In this document: positions 1-9,625 of the stretch, piece after piece
Numbering within the stretch: position 1 is the first letter of the stretch
How the letters are laid out: each line of letters starts with the position of its first letter
Source: Candidatus Sericytochromatia bacterium
GTDB lineage: Bacteria > Cyanobacteriota > Sericytochromatia > S15B-MN24 > UBA4093
Assembly (NCBI GenBank): GCA_036676985.1
Contig: JAKFBU010000041.1
Span: forward strand, 96,001 to 160,000
Direction of reading: 5' to 3'
DNA length: 64,000 bases
Notes under the pieces: generated by a model
What the model was told of the DNA's origin: nothing
The model's input: the letters and a program-made list of their open reading frames with translations, nothing else
Database searches by the model: none
Position numbers and translations under genes: made by a program

Positions 1-893
1 GGGCCGAAGATGATGACGAAGATGGTCGGGAAGATCAGGAACACCACCGGGAACGTGAGCTTCAAGGCGGCCTTGGCCGCCATCTCCTGGGCCCGCTGCC
101 AGCGCGCCTCGCGCAGCATCTCGCTCTGCGTGCGCAGCGTCTTGGCGATCGACGTGCCCATCGCCTCCGCCTGCACCATGGACACGGCCACCGAGTTCAG
201 CTCCTTGAGACCCGCGCGCTTGCCGAGCTCCCGCAAGGCCTCGGAGCGCGGACGACCGAGCTGGACCTCCTTGAGCGTCCGCTCCAGCTCGTCCCGCAAG
301 GGATGCGGCTTGCCGAGCTCCACGACCTTGGCCATGGAGGCCTGCAACGACAGGCCCGCCTCGACGCAGGTCGTGAGCAGGTCGAGCGTCGTGGGCAGGG
401 CCTTGATGATCTGGTTCTGACGCCGCTCGGTCTGGCTCTTGAGCTGCTGCGGCGGCAGGATGTAGCCGACGAAGACGCAGCCGATGACGCCCGCGATCAC
501 CACCACCACATCCAGCTCCAGGATGAGCCAGTTGGCGAACACGAAGAACACCGGCAGGATGATCGCCCACATGAGCTGCCGTGCCAGGAACTGCGCGGCC
601 GTCGTGCGGTAGTCCCCCGCGGCGTGCAGGTCGCGCAGGATGGAGACCTCCTGCTCGGGCCCCAGGCGCCGCTCGGCCATCGGCTTGAGGTAAGCCTCGA
701 TGACCGTCAGGTACTTGCTCTTGCCCTTGGTGTCCTTCTCTTCGACCTGCTGCTCGAACTGCACGCGGCTCGCGGCCGAGCGGCCCTTCTTGAGGCGCTT
801 CTCGACCTTGGTCTTGCCCTTGGGCTTCGCGAAGGAGAGGACGGCGATGGCGATCGCCGCGACCACGAGCAGGAAGATGAGGAACAACGTCAT
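1..893 (-). CDS. tadC: Tad pilus inner-membrane platform protein TadC (T2SSF family), 3' end beyond window
   Basis: Manual translation from ATG at 893: MTLFLIFLLVV...ALPTTLDLLTTCVEAGLSL...ELERTLKEVQLGRPRSEAL...GTSIAKTLRTQSEMLREARWQRAQEMAAKAALKLTFPVVFLIFPTIF; typical TadC, directly downstream of tadB. Confidence 0.9.
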   Translation of the reverse strand, partial: MTLFLIFLLVVAAIAIAVLSFAKPKGKTKVEKRLKKGRSAASRVQFEQQVEEKDTKGKSKYLTVIEAYLKPMAERRLGPEQEVSILRDLHAAGDYRTTAAQFLARQLMWAIILPVFFVFANWLILELDVVVVIAGVIGCVFVGYILPPQQLKSQTERRQNQIIKALPTTLDLLTTCVEAGLSLQASMAKVVELGKPHPLRDELERTLKEVQLGRPRSEALRELGKRAGLKELNSVAVSMVQAEAMGTSIAKTLRTQSEMLREARWQRAQEMAAKAALKLTFPVVFLIFPTIFVIIFG

Positions 894-905
894 GATCCCG
901 CCCCC

Positions 906-1772
906 CTACACGTCGATGGCCACGATCTTGGAGACCGCGAAGCTGCCGAGGCCGATCATGACGGCACAGAAGCCGACCATGGCCCAGCCCAGGGGGTGCG
1001 TGAACAGGACGCCCATGCGCTCCGGCATGATGACGTAGAGGAGCACGTAGAGGCCCACCGGGAGCAAGGAGAGCACCGTGCCGGACATGCGCCCCTGGGT
1101 GGTCAGCGTCCGGATCTGGCCCTGCATCTTCTTGCGCTGGCGCATGGTTTCCGCGAGGTTGTCCAGGATCTCGGCCAGGTTGCCGCCCGATTGGCGCTGG
1201 ATGATGACGGCGATGCCGAAGATCTCGAGGTCGTCGTTCGGCATGCGCTCGACCCAGTTGCGGATGGCCGCGTCGAGGGCCGTGCCGACCCGCAGCTCGT
1301 GCAGGACCTCTGCCACCTCGCTCGACATGGGGTCGGAGAATTCCTCGACGACGAGCTCCAGGGCCTGCTGAACGCTGTTGCCCGCCTTCACGGCATTGGC
1401 GATCACGCCCACCATGTCGGCGAGCTGCTCCTCGAAGTCCTTGCAGTAGCGGCGCCACAGGACGTTGAGGTACTGGTCCGCGCCGAACCAGCACACCGCG
1501 GCGAACACCGCCGCGATGAAGATCCGGCCGAAGATGCCCTCGCCGAGGATGAGGCCGAAGAGCGCCGCCGACCCCGTGAGGATCTGCTGGAATCGCCCGA
1601 AGCGCTCGGTCGAGAAGGGGTTGCGCGTCTTGCGAAGCCTGTCGCCCACGTCCACCCGGTAGAGCGCCAGGCGATCGGCGATCGAGCCGCCGTACTTCTG
1701 GAACGCCAGGTACGCCATGATGGCCGCCGAGGCGGCAATCAGGAAGACGATGATGAGCAGGCGAACGTCCAT
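906..1772 (-). CDS. tadB: Tad pilus platform protein TadB (T2SSF family)
   Basis: FEEQLADMVGVIANAVKAGNS, IQRQSGGNLAEILDNLAETMRQR, TTQGRMSG motifs; transmembrane segments; operon context. Confidence 0.92.
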   Translation of the reverse strand: MDVRLLIIVFLIAASAAIMAYLAFQKYGGSIADRLALYRVDVGDRLRKTRNPFSTERFGRFQQILTGSAALFGLILGEGIFGRIFIAAVFAAVCWFGADQYLNVLWRRYCKDFEEQLADMVGVIANAVKAGNSVQQALELVVEEFSDPMSSEVAEVLHELRVGTALDAAIRNWVERMPNDDLEIFGIAVIIQRQSGGNLAEILDNLAETMRQRKKMQGQIRTLTTQGRMSGTVLSLLPVGLYVLLYVIMPERMGVLFTHPLGWAMVGFCAVMIGLGSFAVSKIVAIDV

Positions 1773-1777
1773 CGGGC

Positions 1778-2365
1778 CTAGGGCTTCTTGGCGGCGGTCT
1801 CGAGGTAGCCCATCACGCTGGAGCGCAGGGACTCGAACTGACGGCGGGTCAGGTTCTCGTCGGCCTGGAAGGTCCTGTCGGGGAAGCCGTAGAAGATGCG
1901 CCGGGTGGTCAGAAGGTCGATGGCGGCCGCCGTCTCCTGGTCGGAGCTGCGATCGCGGAACTCGCGCGGCACCGTGAGCTTCACGCCGTCGCGGGCGTCC
2001 GACTCGACGAGAGTCACGACGTTGCGTAGGATCTGGGCCGCCTGCAGGCGGGTCACGGGTTTGCTGGGCTCGAAGACGCCGTAGCTGAAGCCGCTCACGC
2101 CCTCGAAGAGGCGATACTTGCTCTCCATCTCGTGAACCGTCTCCTTGAGCGAGCCGCCCAGGTCCATGTACAGGAGGATGCTCTCCTTGGGGCTCTTGAG
2201 GTCACGCTTGAACGTGTCCTCGTAGTGATAGATCCAGCGCGCGACGCTCTGGACGAACTCCCCGCGCGTCACCGGCGCGCTCACGGCGTACTCGGCCGCA
2301 GGAGCCGCCACCGCAGCGGGGGCGACCATCCCGAAACCCAACAGCGCCAAGGCCAACCAACGCAT
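1778..2365 (-). CDS. Secreted SLH (S-layer homology) domain protein within the tad operon
   Basis: Signal peptide MRWLALALLGFGMVAPAAVA; SLH-like motifs PVTRGEF, GVFEPSKPVTRLQAA, FYGFPDRTFQADENLTRRQF. Confidence 0.75.
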   Translation of the reverse strand: MRWLALALLGFGMVAPAAVAAPAAEYAVSAPVTRGEFVQSVARWIYHYEDTFKRDLKSPKESILLYMDLGGSLKETVHEMESKYRLFEGVSGFSYGVFEPSKPVTRLQAAQILRNVVTLVESDARDGVKLTVPREFRDRSSDQETAAAIDLLTTRRIFYGFPDRTFQADENLTRRQFESLRSSVMGYLETAAKKP

Positions 2366-2377
2366 CCAAGTCCTCCT

Positions 2378-4549
2378 CTAGGCGAAGCGCATGCCGCCAG
2401 GCCCGAACTGCAAGCCCACCCGGGCGAACTGGTCCGCGGCATGGGGCACCAAGCCCGTATAACGGAAACTACCGACCACCCGACCCCGGTCGTCGAGGCC
2501 CTCCTGGTCGTAGGCGAACAGGTCCTGCATCACGATGACGTCCCCCTCCATGCCGGAGACCTCGGAGATGCGGACGATCTTTCGCGAACCGTCCTTGAGG
2601 CGGCTGATCTGGACGATCACCTGGATCGCCGAGGCGATCTGCTCACGGATGGCACGGCTCGGCAGCTCGACGCCGCTCATGAGGACCATGGTCTCCAGGC
2701 GGGACAGGGCGTCGCGCGGCGTGTTGGCGTGGCCGGTGGCCAGGCTGCCGTCGTGGCCCGTGTTCATGGCCTGCAGCATGTCGAGGGCCTCGCCCCCGCG
2801 CACCTCACCCACGATGATCCGGTCGGGACGCATACGCAGGCTGTTGCGCACCAGGTCGCGGATGGTGATGGCGCCCGAGCCCTCCAGGTTGGGGGGCCGA
2901 CTCTCCAGCGAGATGACGTGCTCCTGGTGGAGCTTCAGCTCGGCGGCGTCCTCGATGGTCACGATGCGCTCGTCCGCGGGGATGAAGCCCGACAGCACGT
3001 TCAAGAGCGTGGTCTTACCGGACCCGGTGCCGCCCGAGATGAAGACGTTCAGCTTCGCGAGGATCGAGCAGCGCAGGAAGTGCGCCATGTCCTGGTTCAG
3101 GCTCCCGTACTTCACCAGGTCGTCGATGCCGAGCCGGTAGTTGGGGAACTTTCGGATGGTCACCGTCGAGCCCGTGAGCGCCAAGGGCGGCACGATGACG
3201 TTGACGCGGCTGCCGTCCGGCAATCGGGCGTCGCACATGGGCGAGCTCTCGTCCACGCGGCGGCCGATGGGCGCCACGATGCGGTCGATGATGACGCGGA
3301 GCTGCTTCTCGTCGGTGAAGCCGTCCGGCACCCGCGTCAGCTTGCCGCTGCGCTCCACGTAGATCGTCTTGGGACCGTTGACCATGACCTCGGTGACGGC
3401 CGGATCGCCCAGGTACCGCTCCAGGGGGCCGAAGCCCACGGCCTCGTCGGCAATCGCGTTGATGAAGGCGACCCGCTCCTGGCGGCCCTTGAGGGGGACC
3501 TCCTCCATCTGCTCGAGGATCTCGGCGATGACCTCCAGCACCTTGGAACGGATCTCGCCCTTGCGCGCGGGGTCGGCCAGGTACTCCAGGGACAGGTTGA
3601 AGCGCTTGAGGGCCTCCACCAGCTCCTTGTGGACCTCGCGCTTGAAGTCGTCCAACTCGGCGTCCTCGGGCACGCCCTGGTGCGGGACGACGGCCGTGAC
3701 CTCGGTCTCGGTCGCCGCCGGAACCGGAGCGGCGGGAGTCGAGGCGCCCTGTAGGGGAGCCTGCGGGGTCGCGGGGGCGGTCGCCCTTGCGAGCACGCCC
3801 TGGGCGGCGGTGAGCAGGTTGCCCGCGGGCAGGGCCAGGGCCTTGGCGCCCAGTTGCAAGATGCCCGCCGAGACTGGGTGGTTGGGCTGCTTGAGGACGA
3901 TGGGCTCGCCGCGGTTGAGCGAGCTCACGACCGCGCCGCTCGAGGGGATCTGCCCGATGATGGGGCGCTCCAGGTGCTCCTCCAGGTCGTCGGCCGTGAT
4001 CTCGCCGACCGAGCCTGCGCGGTTCATGACCACCTGGATCTTCTCCAGGGGGAAGCGCAGGGCGCGGGCCTGCTCGATGGCGGCCTTGGAGGCGTTGAGG
4101 GTCGTGATGTCGGGCGGCACCACCATGAGCACCACCGAGGCCATGTCGAAGAGCGCCACCATGGCCTCGTGGCCGAGGCTCGGGAAGGTCGTGTCGACGA
4201 TGAGGAGCTCGAACTGCTTGGCCAGATCCCGGGCCATGGCGGCCACGTGGTGGGCCCGCGGGTCCAGGAGGTCCGTGAGCGGCGGGGCGGGCAAGAGCGA
4301 GACGCCCGAGGGATGCGGGGTGAGCACGTCGTCCAGGGACTTGGAGCCCCGGATCACGTCCGCCCAAGAGCCCGGCGCGGGCTCGAGGTCCAGGTACGAG
4401 GCCTGGGATCCGCCGCCCATCCAGTCCAGGTCCCACAAGAGGGTGGGGCGCTTGGTGCGCTTGGCGATCGCCACGGCCAGGTTGCCGGCCGTCACCGACC
4501 GTCCCAGGCCTCCCTTGGCGCCAAAGACCAGAATCAGGCGGCTAGGCAT
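2378..4549 (-). CDS. cpaF: Fused CpaE/TadZ (MinD/ParA-like) - CpaF/TadA pilus assembly ATPase
   Basis: N-terminal GAKGGLGRS deviant Walker A and MinD-like motifs; Ala/Pro linker; C-terminal CpaF motifs [41 protein letters not shown]. Confidence 0.92.
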   Translation of the reverse strand: MPSRLILVFGAKGGLGRSVTAGNLAVAIAKRTKRPTLLWDLDWMGGGSQASYLDLEPAPGSWADVIRGSKSLDDVLTPHPSGVSLLPAPPLTDLLDPRAHHVAAMARDLAKQFELLIVDTTFPSLGHEAMVALFDMASVVLMVVPPDITTLNASKAAIEQARALRFPLEKIQVVMNRAGSVGEITADDLEEHLERPIIGQIPSSGAVVSSLNRGEPIVLKQPNHPVSAGILQLGAKALALPAGNLLTAAQGVLARATAPATPQAPLQGASTPAAPVPAATETEVTAVVPHQGVPEDAELDDFKREVHKELVEALKRFNLSLEYLADPARKGEIRSKVLEVIAEILEQMEEVPLKGRQERVAFINAIADEAVGFGPLERYLGDPAVTEVMVNGPKTIYVERSGKLTRVPDGFTDEKQLRVIIDRIVAPIGRRVDESSPMCDARLPDGSRVNVIVPPLALTGSTVTIRKFPNYRLGIDDLVKYGSLNQDMAHFLRCSILAKLNVFISGGTGSGKTTLLNVLSGFIPADERIVTIEDAAELKLHQEHVISLESRPPNLEGSGAITIRDLVRNSLRMRPDRIIVGEVRGGEALDMLQAMNTGHDGSLATGHANTPRDALSRLETMVLMSGVELPSRAIREQIASAIQVIVQISRLKDGSRKIVRISEVSGMEGDVIVMQDLFAYDQEGLDDRGRVVGSFRYTGLVPHAADQFARVGLQFGPGGMRFA

Positions 4550-4550
4550 C

Positions 4551-5573
4551 TCACCGCTTCCCGTAGTCGTTTTCGGGCATGGCGTTGGGGTTGGTCACGA
4601 TGGTGGGCGTCAGGAGGAAGACGAGCTCCGTGTGGCTGCCGCGATCGTCATGCGTCTTGAAGAGCTCGCCCAGGAAGGGGATGCTCGACAGCAAGGGGAT
4701 GCCCGAGGTCGTCTCCTCGGTGGTGTCGGAGAGGAGGCCCGCCATGGCGATGGTCTCACCCGAGCGCAGCTGCATGTAGGACTCCGTCCAGCGGGTCGAG
4801 ATAGCGGGCACCGAGATGCCGGAGAGGGTGATGCCGTTCTGGCGGTCGATGCGCGAGACCTCGGGGCGGACGCCGAGCACGATGGTGTCGGCGCCCTCGA
4901 CCCGCGGCGTGACGGCGAGGCGGACGCCGAAGGGCTTCCACTCGATGGTGACGCTCTGGGGCAGGATGATGGGGATGGGGATCTCGCCGCCCGCCAGGAA
5001 GCTCGCGCTCGCGCCGTTGACGGCCAAGAGGGTCGGCTGCGCCAGGATCTTGGCCTTGCGCTGCTGGACCAGCATGTCGAGCTTGGCCTCGATGAGGGTC
5101 TGGCGGGTGGGCAGGCCGATCCGGAAGGGGGCGTTGGGCGGAGCCTCGATCCAGCTGACGGAGTCGCTCCAGTCCACGCCGGCCTTGGCGTCGTCGGCGC
5201 GCACGATCTCCAGCACCTTGACCCGCACGGCCACGGTCTCGGGACGGCGGTTGCTCAAGACCTCGATGTTGTAGTTGCGGACCGGTCCCTGAATGGTGCG
5301 CCCGTCCGGCCCTTTGGTGGGCGAGGGCCACACGAGAAAGTTGGTGAAGCCCGGCTTCTTGGCGCTGATCAGGAGGTCCCGGTTCTGGCCCGAGAGCGGC
5401 TTGGCGTCGATGACCTCGCCGTCGCCCACCGCCACCCGTTCGACCCCTTCGGGAACGGTGTAGACGATGGTCTGGCCCATCCGGATGACGATGTCCGGCG
5501 CTGCTGCCTGGGCGGGCAGGGCCGGAAGCATCAGGAGGAGGGTCAGGATGACGGCGAACCAGGGACGCTGCAC
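4551..5573 (-). CDS. cpaC: Short CpaC/RcpA-type secretin
   Basis: Signal peptide; pilus-formation N domain (RVAVGDGEVID...AKKPGFTNFLVW); secretin core ASFLAGGEIPI, FGVRLAVTP, GIPLLSSIPFLGELFK, ELVFLLTP. Confidence 0.88.
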   Translation of the reverse strand: MQRPWFAVILTLLLMLPALPAQAAAPDIVIRMGQTIVYTVPEGVERVAVGDGEVIDAKPLSGQNRDLLISAKKPGFTNFLVWPSPTKGPDGRTIQGPVRNYNIEVLSNRRPETVAVRVKVLEIVRADDAKAGVDWSDSVSWIEAPPNAPFRIGLPTRQTLIEAKLDMLVQQRKAKILAQPTLLAVNGASASFLAGGEIPIPIILPQSVTIEWKPFGVRLAVTPRVEGADTIVLGVRPEVSRIDRQNGITLSGISVPAISTRWTESYMQLRSGETIAMAGLLSDTTEETTSGIPLLSSIPFLGELFKTHDDRGSHTELVFLLTPTIVTNPNAMPENDYGKR

Positions 5574-5588
5574 GGTGGTACTCCTAGG

Positions 5589-6608
5589 CTACTTCTTGTG
5601 AATGAGCGTCGTGCCGCTGTAGACCTCGATGCCGGGCTTGGGCTCGACAGGCTTCGGCCTGGGCGGCTGGGGCTTGGGGCGCGCCTGGACGACCACGGGG
5701 CGCTCCTTGACGATGACCTTGGTCTGGACGGGTCGCGGCTGCGGGGCCACGGGCCGGGGGATCTTGCCCATCACGTAGCGCACGAGCTCCGCCTCGGGGA
5801 TCTCGGGGGGCGTGACGGTGGTGTCGCCCTGCTCGCGCAACGAGAGGCTCAGGTTGCCCTGCTCCTTGAGGGCGGCGAGCAGCGCCACCTTGTTGGAAGG
5901 CACGGCGAGCGTCAGCAGATCGCCGTAGGCCCCGGCCTCACCCTCGGCCTGGGGCGTCTCGTTGCTGAAGCGGTTGCCGACCGACAGCACGCGCACCCGC
6001 TGGGCGACCTTGGTCGAGAGGAAGCCGGTGTCGGTCTGGATGGTGGCCGTGAGGTCCACGTAGTCGTCCGGCTTGACCAGCGCGATGTCCTGGGCGCCCT
6101 CGGGCACGTACAGGAAGCCGCGTTCGTTGGCCTCCAGCTTGGGGGCCACGCCGGTGGCAGCAGACGCCGGGCCCACGCGCTTCTTGTGCAGGACCTCGCC
6201 CTTGACCACAGGGGCGAGGGTGATCTGGCCGAGCAGCTCCTTGGTGTCGGTGATAGCGCCGTCCGGCAGCAGGCCCTTGGGGAACTTGCGGGCCTCGATC
6301 ATGGACTCGTCGATCTGCTTGCGGGCGGGCAGGTCCTCGAGCGGCACGTAGACCTCGACCTTCTCGCCCTTGCCGGCGATGCCGTCCTCGAGGTCCGAGA
6401 GGTACGTGATGGCGAGCAGTCCCGCCACCAGGGCGATGCCCACCGAGGCGAGCAGCAGCTTTCGGTTGACGTCCATGCCCGCCAGGAGGGACTTGGACTC
6501 CTTCTTCTTGGCGGCCGGGCGCTTCTTGGTCTTGACCGTGCCCTTGACGCCCGAGCGCGCGGGCTTCTCGGGAGGCTGCTCGCGAAGCTTATCGCGTAGA
6601 TTTGCCAT
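5589..6608 (-). CDS. cpaB: Flp pilus assembly protein CpaB/RcpC
   Basis: Single TM, SAF-like segment (DLPARKQIDESMI...PDGAI...GEVL), VKPDDYVDL, RVRVLSVG, LSLSLR; Pro-rich tail. Confidence 0.88.
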   Translation of the reverse strand: MANLRDKLREQPPEKPARSGVKGTVKTKKRPAAKKKESKSLLAGMDVNRKLLLASVGIALVAGLLAITYLSDLEDGIAGKGEKVEVYVPLEDLPARKQIDESMIEARKFPKGLLPDGAITDTKELLGQITLAPVVKGEVLHKKRVGPASAATGVAPKLEANERGFLYVPEGAQDIALVKPDDYVDLTATIQTDTGFLSTKVAQRVRVLSVGNRFSNETPQAEGEAGAYGDLLTLAVPSNKVALLAALKEQGNLSLSLREQGDTTVTPPEIPEAELVRYVMGKIPRPVAPQPRPVQTKVIVKERPVVVQARPKPQPPRPKPVEPKPGIEVYSGTTLIHKK

Positions 6609-6993
6609 GGCTCGCCTCCTCCCTCGATATCCAGACCGTCGTCTTGCGTTCTTTTCCGGCCACCACGACCCTGAGTTGCGCGTCGCCCTGCTCGTAGAGC
6701 AGAAGGGCCAAGGGGACCTTTTCGAGATCCTGGTTGAGGACGTCGTCCGCGACGGCCTCCTGCCACCCGCGCTTCGGCAGCTCGCGGCGGTAGAAGGCCA
6801 CGACCTCCTTCAAGCTCGCTTGCTGGGTCGCGATCGCCTCGGTCCCATTGCCGCGATTAGTGGCGGGACGCGGCTTGGCGCCAGGATACAGCGGTATCTT
6901 ACCCGCCGCAAGGTCTGCCGTCACACCGGCGAGCGACTTGCCGGGCGCCAGAACGAGCACCAGCGCGAGCCCCAGTCCCAACCACCGGTTCAT
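6589..6993 (-). CDS. Hypothetical secreted protein of the tad operon
   Basis: Signal peptide; IPLYPGA...VVAFYRRELPKRGW motif; overlaps both neighbouring genes. Confidence 0.7.
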   Translation of the reverse strand: MNRWLGLGLALVLVLAPGKSLAGVTADLAAGKIPLYPGAKPRPATNRGNGTEAIATQQASLKEVVAFYRRELPKRGWQEAVADDVLNQDLEKVPLALLLYEQGDAQLRVVVAGKERKTTVWISREEASHGKSTR

Positions 6994-7799
6994 GGCGTCT
7001 TTCCCGACAGCGTGTTGCGGATCCAGGGGTTGAGCTCCGAGAGTCCGAACCCTGCTCCGTGCACGGGCAGCTCGCTCGGCATGTAGCCCTCGGCACGCAC
7101 GCCCACCTTGTCCCAGAGCTTGGTGGACTTGCCCGTCACGAGCTTGGAGCCCTCCTCGGCGCCCTTGCCCAGGCCGTCCATCCAGGGACCGCGAGACGTG
7201 ACACGCTGGCCGTGCATGACAAAGCCGATGCCGAACTTGCCCGTGGGGTCCTTGGCCACGTAGGCGCGGCCCATGACGCCGACCGGAATGACCTTGGTCA
7301 GCTGCTGGCGGGGCACGGCCGGCTCGTACCGCCAGGACGGACCCGAAACGTCCACCTTGCGCGACTTGCCCAGGACCTTGCGGGCATATTCGACGCGGGT
7401 GGCGGTGTTGCCCGCCTCGCGGATGATGCCGAGGCCCATGACCTTCTCGTCGGCGGCACCGTCCATGGCGGCGATGGCCGCCTCGCGCGCGGCGAAGCGC
7501 GCCGCGACGACGGCATTCTGGCTCTCGTAGATGGCAAAGCCGATGAACGCCAGGGCGAGCAGGAGGAAGACGAGCAGGGGAATGAGCAGCCCCGCCTCGA
7601 CCATGGCCTGGCCGCGCTGTCTCTTGGCATTTCCCCCCACACGAAAAGCACGCGTCAGCAGGGCGTTTCCGTCACCCCGGCGAAGGCCGGGGGCCAGGGC
7701 ATGCGCCCCGAGTGCCAACCCTGGATCCCGGCTGTCGACGGGATGACGGGCGACGCACGCAACAACGGCACGCCACACGGCGCTAATGCTCCGAGACAA
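6990..7799 (-). CDS. TadE-family pseudopilin (alternative GTG start at 7640)
   Basis: Class III signal KRQRG|QAMVEAGLLIPLLVFLLL with E+5, then AARFAAREAA; TTG at 7799 has GGAGG at 7805-7809. Confidence 0.8.
   Translation of the reverse strand: MSRSISAVWRAVVACVARHPVDSRDPGLALGAHALAPGLRRGDGNALLTRAFRVGGNAKRQRGQAMVEAGLLIPLLVFLLLALAFIGFAIYESQNAVVAARFAAREAAIAAMDGAADEKVMGLGIIREAGNTATRVEYARKVLGKSRKVDVSGPSWRYEPAVPRQQLTKVIPVGVMGRAYVAKDPTGKFGIGFVMHGQRVTSRGPWMDGLGKGAEEGSKLVTGKSTKLWDKVGVRAEGYMPSELPVHGAGFGLSELNPWIRNTLSGKTP
7669..7749. repeat. 81-bp palindromic REP-like element
   Basis: Arms CCGTCACCCCGGCGAAGGCCGGGGGCCAGGG (7669-7699) and CCCTGGATCCCGGCTGTCGACGGGATGACGG (7719-7749) are imperfect inverted repeats, each with an internal hairpin; resembles the widespread GTCATYCCCGCGnAnGCGGGRATCCA repeat type. 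Confidence 0.75.
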
Positions 7800-8667
7800 T
7801 GTTGCCTCCCGCCGCCGGACTGCCGAAGCTACCCTCGTGCTTCTGCCCCGTACGGATGAGCCTGGGGGAGTACCAGCGCAAGCTGCCGGGCCCCAGCTGC
7901 AGCTTCTTGCCCTTGGCCGCGGGGTCCTTCTCGATCTCGTGGCTCGCGGCGTAGCCCGCCGATGCCCACGCCGGCACGTCCACCGGCCCGCCGATGCCGC
8001 CGAAGCCGAAGAACGACCAGTTGAGGCCCTGGTACCGGGGCACGACCTCGATGAAGCTCTTGCCCGCGCCCTTCTTGGGACCGAGCCCCTGGTTGACGTA
8101 GTTCACGTCCGCCACGAAGGAGGACTTGTCGCTGTTCTCGCGGATGGCCCCCGGCGCCTTGATGGCGTTGAAGTTCGCCATCTCGAGGGCCTGCCCCCCG
8201 GCTGCGTGGTCGTTCATCCCCTGGATGTTGGCCACGTAGGCGAGGCGGGCGGCCTCCTCGACGATCTGGGGACCGGCCTGATCGACCCAGGCGTTGTAGG
8301 CCAGCAGGTCCTTGCGCAGGCTCTGGACCCGGCCGATGTACTGCTCCGCCCGGGCGAGGCGCCGGTTGAACTCCGCGTCGTTGTCGAGGTTGCCCATGGC
8401 ATGCATGAGCTCGATGCGGGCCCGCAGGGCCTGCCCGGTCATGGCCACGTAGGCCATCTCGCGCGTGTGGTGCACGCTCACCTTGACCGAGACGGCGGCC
8501 AGGGCCGCGGCATCCGCCGCGTTCTGGGCCCGGATCTTGGCCGTGACCAGCCGCCCCAGGTCGAATAGGGCCAAGAGCACGGTGACGAGCACCGCCATCA
8601 CGAGCGCCACGTAGATGAGCGCTTGACCGGACTCGTCTCTCAGCAGATCGGGACGGCGGGACCTCAT
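7783..8667 (-). CDS. TadG-like pilus tip protein/pseudopilin
   Basis: RDESG|QALIYVALVMAVL...DLGRLV...AQNAADAAALAA Tad N-terminal motif. Confidence 0.82.
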   Translation of the reverse strand: MRSRRPDLLRDESGQALIYVALVMAVLVTVLLALFDLGRLVTAKIRAQNAADAAALAAVSVKVSVHHTREMAYVAMTGQALRARIELMHAMGNLDNDAEFNRRLARAEQYIGRVQSLRKDLLAYNAWVDQAGPQIVEEAARLAYVANIQGMNDHAAGGQALEMANFNAIKAPGAIRENSDKSSFVADVNYVNQGLGPKKGAGKSFIEVVPRYQGLNWSFFGFGGIGGPVDVPAWASAGYAASHEIEKDPAAKGKKLQLGPGSLRWYSPRLIRTGQKHEGSFGSPAAGGNIVSEH

Positions 8668-9623
8668 TTCAGATCCCCCGTGGTGGTGAAGAGCGACATC
8701 TCCATGGCCCGGATGGGCGTCAGGATGACTCCCTCGGCGGTGGTCGCCGCCGTGCGGGCCACGCCCTGCAAGACGGAGATGGCGATCTTGACGGTCGGAT
8801 CCGAGGGCGTCTTCGAGAGGCCCTGCAGGGTGCGCATGGCGCCGGGCGCGAGCTTCATGCTGTTGTAGAGGCGCTCGGAAGGACGCAGGTAGGCCGCCTC
8901 GCCCGGGGCGGTCTCGAGGTCCGACGAGGCGTAGACGGCAGCCTCCGTGCGGCCCACCCGGTAGCGCTCGTCGCGGCCGGGGTTGTCCTGCACGGCCTGG
9001 AGGGGCGAGAAGGTGAACAGGGTGGCCAGACCCTTGACGCTGTCGGGCAGGGGCAGGGACTGAACCTGACTTGCGGCCCGCTGGAGGCCCCCCAGGTAGA
9101 CGTTGAGGCCCGGGATGTCGATGGGGTAGTTGACGATGCCGTTGGCCGGGTACTGCGCGGCCGACTTGGCGCCCCGACCCTGCACGTATTCGCGGTTGAC
9201 GACGATGGAGGCGCCGATCTGTCCCTTGCCCTGGCTGCCGCCGCCCCCGAAGGCCGCGAGCATGTCGCCGAGGGAGGTCTCCTTCTTGGTGACCTGGACC
9301 CGGATGGCACGGTCGGCGGCCTCGGTCTTGACGTCCAGCTTGCCCTCGGAGCCCGAGACCACCTTGCCGATCCAGGGCTGCTTGGAGTCCTCGGAGTAGG
9401 CGCGCATGACCTCCTGGGCCGCGAGACTCGGGTTGTTGCCCTCCTTGCCGCCCACGGTCGCGGCGCGCGCCGCGAGGAAACCCGCCCCGGAGAGGATGAT
9501 CTGGCGCTGCAGGAAGACGCCGAGCTCGATGGTCCCGATGGTCAACAGCAGGAGCATGGGCAGGATGATGGCGAACTCCGCCATGGTCTGGCCCTCTTCG
9601 CGCCGCCGTAACTGCCGGAGCAT
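8664..9623 (-). CDS. TadE-family pseudopilin
   Basis: Start MLRQLRRREEG|QTMAEFAIILPMLLLL...AARAA; AGGAGG SD upstream of ATG 9623. Confidence 0.82.
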   Translation of the reverse strand: MLRQLRRREEGQTMAEFAIILPMLLLLTIGTIELGVFLQRQIILSGAGFLAARAATVGGKEGNNPSLAAQEVMRAYSEDSKQPWIGKVVSGSEGKLDVKTEAADRAIRVQVTKKETSLGDMLAAFGGGGSQGKGQIGASIVVNREYVQGRGAKSAAQYPANGIVNYPIDIPGLNVYLGGLQRAASQVQSLPLPDSVKGLATLFTFSPLQAVQDNPGRDERYRVGRTEAAVYASSDLETAPGEAAYLRPSERLYNSMKLAPGAMRTLQGLSKTPSDPTVKIAISVLQGVARTAATTAEGVILTPIRAMEMSLFTTTGDLK

Positions 9624-9625
9624 CG

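Noticed and set aside
3369-6599. 1076-aa plus-strand ORF, and similar long ORFs such as 303-1781, 2132-3754, 36018-38654, 40454-42937 and 50659-52743
   Set aside because: Antisense or alternate-frame shadows of well-supported genes, typical of high-GC DNA; no recognisable motifs.
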